A program made the position numbers and the translations under genes. This document shows, piece after piece, positions 23,777 through 29,739 of a stretch of 32,000 nucleotides of DNA; the first letter of the stretch is position 1, and the number at the start of each line of letters is the position of its first letter. This DNA is from an uncultured Clostridia bacterium (GTDB lineage Bacteria; Bacillota; Clostridia; Oscillospirales; Acutalibacteraceae): assembly GCA_944384905.1 (NCBI GenBank), contig CALWVE010000041.1, forward strand, positions 68,985-100,984. Reading direction: 5' to 3'. The notes beneath the pieces are model-generated. The model had not been told where the DNA came from and made no database searches. It saw only the letters and a program-made list of their open reading frames with translations.

Positions 23777-24553
23777 ATGCTCAGAGCAGGTATTCAGGTT
23801 TCCAGCGTAAAAGCCTATCTGCAAACCGCAGAAGACGTTCGCAAGTCTTTTCTGAAATTCGGCGAAATGGGCTATACCCGCGCCCAGCTGCAATGGATCG
23901 GCAAGGATGTTCCCGCCGCCGTAATTGCCGAAGCGCTTAAGGAAAGCGGAATGGAATCCTGGGGAATTCAGGATTACTATGAAGAAATTCTGGCCGATAT
24001 GGATTACTATCTGGGCCTGTGCGAAGCAACCGGCGGACGCTATCTGTGCGTCAGCGGTATTCCGGCTGTGTATAAAGAAAACGGCACGGTTACACTCGAA
24101 GGTCTGCGCCGCATGGCCGATGACCTGAATCATCTGGTTGAAGATCTCTCCCATCGCGGTATGGTGGCTACTTTCCATCCGCGCTGGCAGGAATACGAAC
24201 TCGTGGAAGGCAAACCCGCCACGGCCTGGCTGATGGAAATGACCGATCCGCGCTTCCAGCTGACGCTCGACCTCAACCATGTGGTTCGTGCCGGTGAAGA
24301 CCCGGTGGCCTGGATTCTCAATATGCAGGGCCGCCAGGATATGGTTCACTATAAAGACATGGTGGACGCCACAAAAGAAAAATCCGTTCTGGTTCCCGCC
24401 GGACAGGGCTGCCTTGACGGAAAAGCCATTTTGGATGCCTGCCGCAAAGCCGGTGTACAAACTGTTTTTGCCGAGCAGGAAAGCTGGGATAAAGATCCCT
24501 TTATTTGCCTGAAAGAAAGCTACGATTTCCTGGCTTCTCACGGCATCCGATAA
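23777..24553 (+). CDS. Sugar phosphate isomerase/epimerase family protein (xylose-isomerase-like TIM barrel), paralog 1
   Basis: ATG at 23777 follows GGGGAGGA. The C-terminal half aligns by eye with the 25673 gene through shared FH..EY, TLD, HYKDM, EQ[ED] and DPF.CLK.SY..L motifs. Confidence 0.85.
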   Translation: MLRAGIQVSSVKAYLQTAEDVRKSFLKFGEMGYTRAQLQWIGKDVPAAVIAEALKESGMESWGIQDYYEEILADMDYYLGLCEATGGRYLCVSGIPAVYKENGTVTLEGLRRMADDLNHLVEDLSHRGMVATFHPRWQEYELVEGKPATAWLMEMTDPRFQLTLDLNHVVRAGEDPVAWILNMQGRQDMVHYKDMVDATKEKSVLVPAGQGCLDGKAILDACRKAGVQTVFAEQESWDKDPFICLKESYDFLASHGIR

Positions 24554-24605
24554 AATCGTCAATTTTGCCGCTTTGAGCGGCTGGTATATTTAGGAGGAAT
24601 TGATT

Positions 24606-25655
24606 ATGTCAGATCCAATTCGTGTTGGCCTGATCGGCCTGGGCCGCGCCGGTACCGGTATGCACCGCAAAGAGCTGCTGCCCCGTCAGGACAAATTTCA
24701 GTTTTATGCCGTATGTGATGAAATCCCGGAACGCTGCCAGGCATTCCACGATGAATTCGGCAGCAAGATGTATTCGAAGATCGAAGACATCCTGGCTGAT
24801 CCCGATGTTGAACTGATCGACATCGCTACCCGTTCCTGCGACCACTACAAGCACGCTAAAATGGCTCTGTTGGCCGGCAAAGACGTTATGCTCGAAAAGC
24901 CGTTCGCCCGTTCCGCTAAAGAAACGGCCGAACTGATCGCTCTGGGTTCTCAGCCGGGCGGCCCGAAGCTGTACATCCGTCACAACCGCCGTTTTGAGGC
25001 CGGTTTCTGCAAAGTCAACGAGATCATCGATTCCGGCATGCTGGGCGATGTTTACGAAATCAAACTGACCCGCAACCAGTATCAGCGCCGTGCCGACTGG
25101 CAGACGATTCACGAATACGGCGGCGGCCAGCTGCTCAACTGGGGCCCGCATATCGTTGACCACTCTCTGCGTTTCTGCGGTGGGGACTATGTAAGCATGT
25201 ATTCCAACATCAAGCAGGTTGCCGCAGCCGGCGATTGCGAAGACCACATCAAGATCGTCTTTACCGGCGTAAACGGCCGCATTGTTGATATGGAAATCAG
25301 CGGCGGCGTTGCTCTGCCCACGCCTGTTTACATGGTTTACGGCTCCAAGGGTACGCTGGTCAGCACCAAGGACGGTTTCCATGTACGTTATCTCGATCCC
25401 GACAACAAGCTGCCCAAGCTCGAAGCTGATCCTTCCACGCCGGACATCCATGCCGGTTTTGGCAACAAAGAAGAGATCAAGTGGATCGAAAAGGATATTC
25501 CGCTCGATGATGAAGGCGAATCCGCAACCTTCCGCATATGGGATGCGCTGTATGATACCATCCGCACCGGCAAGGCTTATCCGATTAAACTCAACGAGGC
25601 TGCTAAAGTTATCGAAGTAATCGAAAAAGTCAAGATGGGTACCATCTTTGAATAA
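24606..25655 (+). CDS. Gfo/Idh/MocA family NAD(P)-dependent oxidoreductase
   Basis: ATG at 24606 is 8 nt after AGGAGG. It has the Rossmann motif VGLIGLGRAG and the EKP motif (MLEKPFA). Confidence 0.88.
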   Translation: MSDPIRVGLIGLGRAGTGMHRKELLPRQDKFQFYAVCDEIPERCQAFHDEFGSKMYSKIEDILADPDVELIDIATRSCDHYKHAKMALLAGKDVMLEKPFARSAKETAELIALGSQPGGPKLYIRHNRRFEAGFCKVNEIIDSGMLGDVYEIKLTRNQYQRRADWQTIHEYGGGQLLNWGPHIVDHSLRFCGGDYVSMYSNIKQVAAAGDCEDHIKIVFTGVNGRIVDMEISGGVALPTPVYMVYGSKGTLVSTKDGFHVRYLDPDNKLPKLEADPSTPDIHAGFGNKEEIKWIEKDIPLDDEGESATFRIWDALYDTIRTGKAYPIKLNEAAKVIEVIEKVKMGTIFE

Positions 25656-25672
25656 TAAAGGAGGAAATCCCC

Positions 25673-26455
25673 ATGGCTTATGATATGACGATCGGTGCAC
25701 AGCTTTACACCGTACATGACTATACAAAAACGCTGGAAGGTTTTGCCGAAGCGCTGAAAAAAGTTGCCGACATCGGCTACACCACCGTTCAGGTTTCCGG
25801 CACCTGCGCTTTCGAGCCCGAATGGCTGCGCGAGGAATTGAAGAAAAACGGTTTGGAATGCCCGCTTACCCATTCCCCGATGGATAAGATGATCGAAAAT
25901 CCCGATAAGGTTGTGGCTGATCACAAAGTATTCGGCTGCAAATACATCGGTATCGGCTCCATGCCCGGCAACCTGAAGGAAAACGGCCATTCCGTATATG
26001 AAAACTTTGTTGCCAACGGCAAACCGGTCGCCAAGCGTTTTGCGGAACTGGGCGCTTATATGATGTTCCACAACCACAATGCGGAATATCTGATGGAGCA
26101 TGACGGCAAGAACTACATGCAGCTGCTCTCTGAAGCTTTTGCACCCGACGAAATGGGCTTTACGCTCGATACCTACTGGGCCAAAGCAGGCGGCTATGAT
26201 CCCGTTGAAGAGATCAAACGTCTGAGCGGTCGCCTCCCCTGCATCCACTACAAGGATATGGAAGTGCTCGGCGACGGTACAACCCGCTTCTCCTGGGTCG
26301 GCGGCGGTATTCTCGATTTCGAGAAGATCAGCGACGCAGCTCAGGCAGCCGGTACCAAATACATCTTTGTTGAACAGGATAACTGCTTCGGCGAAGATCC
26401 GTTTGAATGCCTGAAGAAGAGCTATCAGTATCTGACTTCTATCGGCCTGAAATAA
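25673..26455 (+). CDS. Sugar phosphate isomerase/epimerase family protein (xylose-isomerase-like TIM barrel), paralog 2
   Basis: RBS AAAGGAGGA. It starts 17 nt after the oxidoreductase stop. FHNHNAEY, TLDTYW, HYKDM and VEQD motifs. Confidence 0.87.
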   Translation: MAYDMTIGAQLYTVHDYTKTLEGFAEALKKVADIGYTTVQVSGTCAFEPEWLREELKKNGLECPLTHSPMDKMIENPDKVVADHKVFGCKYIGIGSMPGNLKENGHSVYENFVANGKPVAKRFAELGAYMMFHNHNAEYLMEHDGKNYMQLLSEAFAPDEMGFTLDTYWAKAGGYDPVEEIKRLSGRLPCIHYKDMEVLGDGTTRFSWVGGGILDFEKISDAAQAAGTKYIFVEQDNCFGEDPFECLKKSYQYLTSIGLK

Positions 26456-26467
26456 TTAGAACAAGCG

Positions 26468-26500
26468 AAGCCGCTCCTCAAACGGGAGCGGCTTTTGTTT
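26468..26500 (+). terminator. Rho-independent terminator of the TIM/GFO/TIM operon
   Basis: AAGCCGCTCC / GGAGCGGCTT stem, 7-nt loop, TTTTGTTTT. Confidence 0.75.
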
Positions 26501-26516
26501 TGCCGTTTTACGGGTC

Positions 26517-26553
26517 AAAAAAGCTGCTGCCCAATCCGAGCAGCAGCTTTTTA
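26517..26553 (-). terminator. Terminator of the LRR lipoprotein gene
   Basis: AAAAAGCTGCTGC / GCAGCAGCTTTTT perfect 13-bp arms, 9-nt loop. The minus-strand T-run follows. Confidence 0.75.
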
Positions 26554-26565
26554 TTAAATGATGAA

Positions 26566-28329
26566 TTATTCGAAATCGTAGGCTTCGTATTGTACTTCGT
26601 TCAGCTTAGCCATAATTTCGGCATCCGAATCCGGAACACAGTAAACCGTCAAATTCTCCTTATCGGTTGTATCGAAGATATTGCGGCCGTATTCTTCAAG
26701 TGTGGCCGGAATATAAACTTTCTCGAGCGCCTTGCACTGGGCAAATACGGAATCACCAAACTTCGTCACCGTATCGCTGATGTGAACTTCTTTTAATCCA
26801 TAGCAGCGATAGAAAACATTGCTGCCCAATTCCGTAACGCCTTCCGGAATCGTCATAGAAGTTATATTTTCACAAGAAGCAAATACGTAATCCCCGATTT
26901 CTTCGATCTGCATGGTGCTGAAATCAAAGCTGGTCAGCGCATCACAGCTGCTGAACAAGCCTTCGGGCAGCGTCTTGATCGAAGCCGGCAGCGTCAGGCC
27001 GGTAAGCGAATCGCAATCCGCAAAAGCATAAGCGCCCAACTTTTCCAGGCTATCGGGCAAAACCGGATGAACCAGAGAGTCACAGGCGGAGAAAGCATAT
27101 TCGCCAATCGAAGTGAGCGAATTGCCCTCAAACGTCAGCGTAGCAAGCGCCGGGCAATCACAGAAAGCCGTATCGCCGATTTCCGTTACGGAAGCGGGGA
27201 TCGTAATCCCCTTGAGCGATGTACAACCCGCAAAAGCATTGGAGCCAATCTTGGTCACCGTAGAGGGAATCGTAAACTCCGTAAAGCTGCTGCATCCATA
27301 GAATGTGTACTCTTTGATTTCCGTAACGCCTTCCGGCAGATCTACGCCCTTGAGCGAGGAGCAATTCTGGAAAACATAGCCGGGAAGATCGGTCAGATGA
27401 TCCGGCAGCGAAACGGAAGTAAGTCCGGTGCAGCCGTAAAAGATAGCTTCGCCGATCGTCTCAACCGTTTCCGGAACCACCATTTCGGTCAGCGATGTGC
27501 ATTCCGAAAAAACGCCGCCTTGCAATTCCTTAATGTTGGCGCCAATCGTAAACGATTTCAGGTTACTGCACTGATAAAACAGGCTTTCACTCAAAACCGT
27601 AACGCCTTCGGGAATCGTAATTTCCGTAATCGAAGAGCAGCCCATAAAGCAGGAAGAACCGATTTCCGTGATTCCCTTGGGAAGGTCAATAGACTTGAGG
27701 GAAGAACACTTGGAAAATACGCCTTGTCCCAGTTTAGTCAGCCCCTCGGGAAGCGTAACGCTTTCAAGCGCCGTACAGCCCATAAAAGCGCCGTCATCAA
27801 TCGAAGTTACCTGCTCGGGAACCGTATAGCTGGTCAGGCTGGTGCAGTTACCGAAAAGAGCCGCGGGCATTTCTTTCATATATTTCGGGAAAGCAAACTC
27901 CTTCAGGTTTGTGCAGCCATAAAAAGCGGCTTCGCCCAAAACCTGCAGCGTTTCCGGCACATTCACGGTGCTGAGCATCGTGCAGCCATAAAATGCCTGC
28001 GCGCCAATCGTTGTAATGGAAGACGGCAGCGTAACAGACGTAAGCGTGGTATTTTCGGCAAAGGCGCCTGCGGCAATACCCGTTACCGGCAGATTTTCAT
28101 AAGTAGCCGGCACTTCAACCGCACTGTCCGTACCATTATAAGCCGCAATTTCTACATACGTATCATAAATCTGATACTCCCACGTTTCACCCGTTCCGGA
28201 TACTTCCGAACCGAAAATTCCGGGATCACTGCCTGAGGGCAGATTGGTTTTGCAGCCTGCCATGGCCAGGCAAAATGCAACCAGCAGCAGCCCCATGGCC
28301 GCCAGCCGGAAAACAGACCGTCGTTTCAT
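26566..28329 (-). CDS. BspA-type leucine-rich repeat (LRR_5) surface lipoprotein
   Basis: Signal peptide with lipobox LAMAGC, then about 20 tandem ~23-aa units of the form L.SV.IP..VT.IG..AF..C..L. Confidence 0.87.
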   Translation of the reverse strand: MKRRSVFRLAAMGLLLVAFCLAMAGCKTNLPSGSDPGIFGSEVSGTGETWEYQIYDTYVEIAAYNGTDSAVEVPATYENLPVTGIAAGAFAENTTLTSVTLPSSITTIGAQAFYGCTMLSTVNVPETLQVLGEAAFYGCTNLKEFAFPKYMKEMPAALFGNCTSLTSYTVPEQVTSIDDGAFMGCTALESVTLPEGLTKLGQGVFSKCSSLKSIDLPKGITEIGSSCFMGCSSITEITIPEGVTVLSESLFYQCSNLKSFTIGANIKELQGGVFSECTSLTEMVVPETVETIGEAIFYGCTGLTSVSLPDHLTDLPGYVFQNCSSLKGVDLPEGVTEIKEYTFYGCSSFTEFTIPSTVTKIGSNAFAGCTSLKGITIPASVTEIGDTAFCDCPALATLTFEGNSLTSIGEYAFSACDSLVHPVLPDSLEKLGAYAFADCDSLTGLTLPASIKTLPEGLFSSCDALTSFDFSTMQIEEIGDYVFASCENITSMTIPEGVTELGSNVFYRCYGLKEVHISDTVTKFGDSVFAQCKALEKVYIPATLEEYGRNIFDTTDKENLTVYCVPDSDAEIMAKLNEVQYEAYDFE

Positions 28330-28398
28330 GTAAGAATCCTCCTTGAATGACTTGAGTCCGCTCGCTGTTTTACAATAGTTTTACAGCCTAACATTTTT

Positions 28399-28427
28399 AT
28401 TATAGCGGATAGACTTATCCTGTGCAA
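28399..28427 (-). promoter_or_regulatory. Sigma-A-type promoter of the LRR gene
   Basis: Minus strand: TTGCAC (28427-28422), 17-nt spacer, TATAAT (28404-28399). Confidence 0.55.
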
Positions 28428-28444
28428 GCGTAGAGAAGTGAATT

Positions 28445-29623
28445 TTAAGTGAAGTCCTCATCACAAGCGCTTATCTTATAAATTCGAACCTCTTTATTTA
28501 ATTTTCGGGCATAGTCAAGCGAGTTTTTCGTTCCCTTGGAAACGCCGTCCCAGATCGCTACCACCAGATCGGCTCGCTCAATAATTTCCCGGTTTCTTAC
28601 CAATGGCGCGGCGCGTCCATAGCGGCTATAATCCGGCCGGATCACCGTACACGGCAAATTGTGTTCCCGGGCGTATTGCTCCGCCAATTGATCCACGCCT
28701 TCCGCTCCGCCGGTAATAATTTCGCTTGTCTGCGCAGGAATAAACGCATCGATCGACATATCAACTCCGCGCGATCCGATTACGGCAACTGCCACGGGAT
28801 TTTTTGGCGGTTCAAAATCTTCAAAAATACAGACCGCTCCGTCTTCTTTCAGTTCGTTATACGTATCCATATCCGACACCGTCCAACTCAATTCAGTCAA
28901 TCCAAAAAGTTTTTTTGCCAGCCGCAAAGAAAGAATTTTGCGGTAATGCCAATTATAAGCTACAAAATCTGGCCGCGTCCAGAAACTAGTCAGTAAGTTT
29001 TCGGCAGCCCATAAAGCCGGTCTCGGCAGCGCCGTCTGTTCTTTTGAAAAATGCGTCAGCAGCTGCCCTCGGAAAACACGCGGCCGATTTTTTCTAATCC
29101 AATGAAGCACCGTAGGATCGAACGACTCGATTGCAAAATTTCCGTCATACGCATCCAGCAGCCGAAAAACAGCTTCGCACAGCCGTGCGGTATCCCGCTG
29201 CGTTTTAAGCTCAATCAACAAAGGGACGCGCCCTTTTATTTCGGCCAGTACCTGAGAAAATTCCGGAACCGCTTCACCGGAAGGAAAACGATAGCACAGA
29301 AGTTGCCGCAAGGAAAGCTCCGAAATCCGCTCGTGCCGGCCAAATAAGCGCAGCAAATTATCATCATGAAAAACAACCGGCACGCCGTCTCGGGTCAGGC
29401 GGACATCGAGTTCGATGCCCCAGCCGCCCCCAACAGCCGCCCGAAACGCCGGCAGGGTGTTTTCTTCTATAAACCGTGTTTTGTTATGCAGTCCGCGGTG
29501 GGCATAATCATACCGGCAAAATGGTTTTGAATCCGGCCGATGAAAAAGCCGGGGTGCAATCAAAAAAAGCCCTATCCCAAACGCCGCAGACAAACCTAAA
29601 AAAATAGACAAAAAAAGCTGCAT
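28445..29623 (-). CDS. Membrane-anchored glycerophosphodiester phosphodiesterase (GDPD) fused to a C-terminal SLOG (DUF2493/YpsA-like) domain
   Basis: I prefer ATG 29623 (GAAGGAG 8 nt upstream) over the track start 29704. TM helix LFLSIFLGLSAAFGIGLFLIAP. GDPD motifs YAHRGL, ENTLPAF, GIELDVRLTRDGVPVVFHDDNL. After the linker EPPKNP comes VAVIGSRG...IITGGAEGVDQLAEQYA...APLVRNREII...VVAIWDGVSKGTKNSLDYARK (about 28448-28795). Confidence 0.8.
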   Translation of the reverse strand: MQLFLSIFLGLSAAFGIGLFLIAPRLFHRPDSKPFCRYDYAHRGLHNKTRFIEENTLPAFRAAVGGGWGIELDVRLTRDGVPVVFHDDNLLRLFGRHERISELSLRQLLCYRFPSGEAVPEFSQVLAEIKGRVPLLIELKTQRDTARLCEAVFRLLDAYDGNFAIESFDPTVLHWIRKNRPRVFRGQLLTHFSKEQTALPRPALWAAENLLTSFWTRPDFVAYNWHYRKILSLRLAKKLFGLTELSWTVSDMDTYNELKEDGAVCIFEDFEPPKNPVAVAVIGSRGVDMSIDAFIPAQTSEIITGGAEGVDQLAEQYAREHNLPCTVIRPDYSRYGRAAPLVRNREIIERADLVVAIWDGVSKGTKNSLDYARKLNKEVRIYKISACDEDFT

Positions 29624-29654
29624 ATTTTCGGCTCCTTCGCCCGAAACAAACGGC

Positions 29655-29704
29655 TTGTTATTTACCCTGACTTTCAGTATACTGGATTTACCTTGAATCT
29701 TCAA
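29655..29704. promoter_or_regulatory. Overlapping divergent promoters sharing a palindromic -10 (AGTATACT)
   Basis: Plus strand: TTGTTA (29655-29660), 17 nt, TATACT (29678-29683). Minus strand: TTGAAG (29704-29699), 17 nt, TATACT (29681-29676). Confidence 0.45.
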
Positions 29705-29739
29705 CCGCTATTTTGATCGACGAAAAGAAGGGAATCTCC

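Noticed and set aside
23759-25727. 267-aa and 372-aa minus-strand ORFs (23759-24562 and 24609-25727) over the TIM-barrel and oxidoreductase genes
   Set aside because: Antisense shadows. The plus-strand genes have RBSs, Rossmann/EKP motifs, paralog conservation and operon spacing.
27067-28236. 389-aa plus-strand ORF over the LRR gene
   Set aside because: Antisense shadow. The minus-strand protein shows a regular 23-aa LRR periodicity and a lipoprotein signal.
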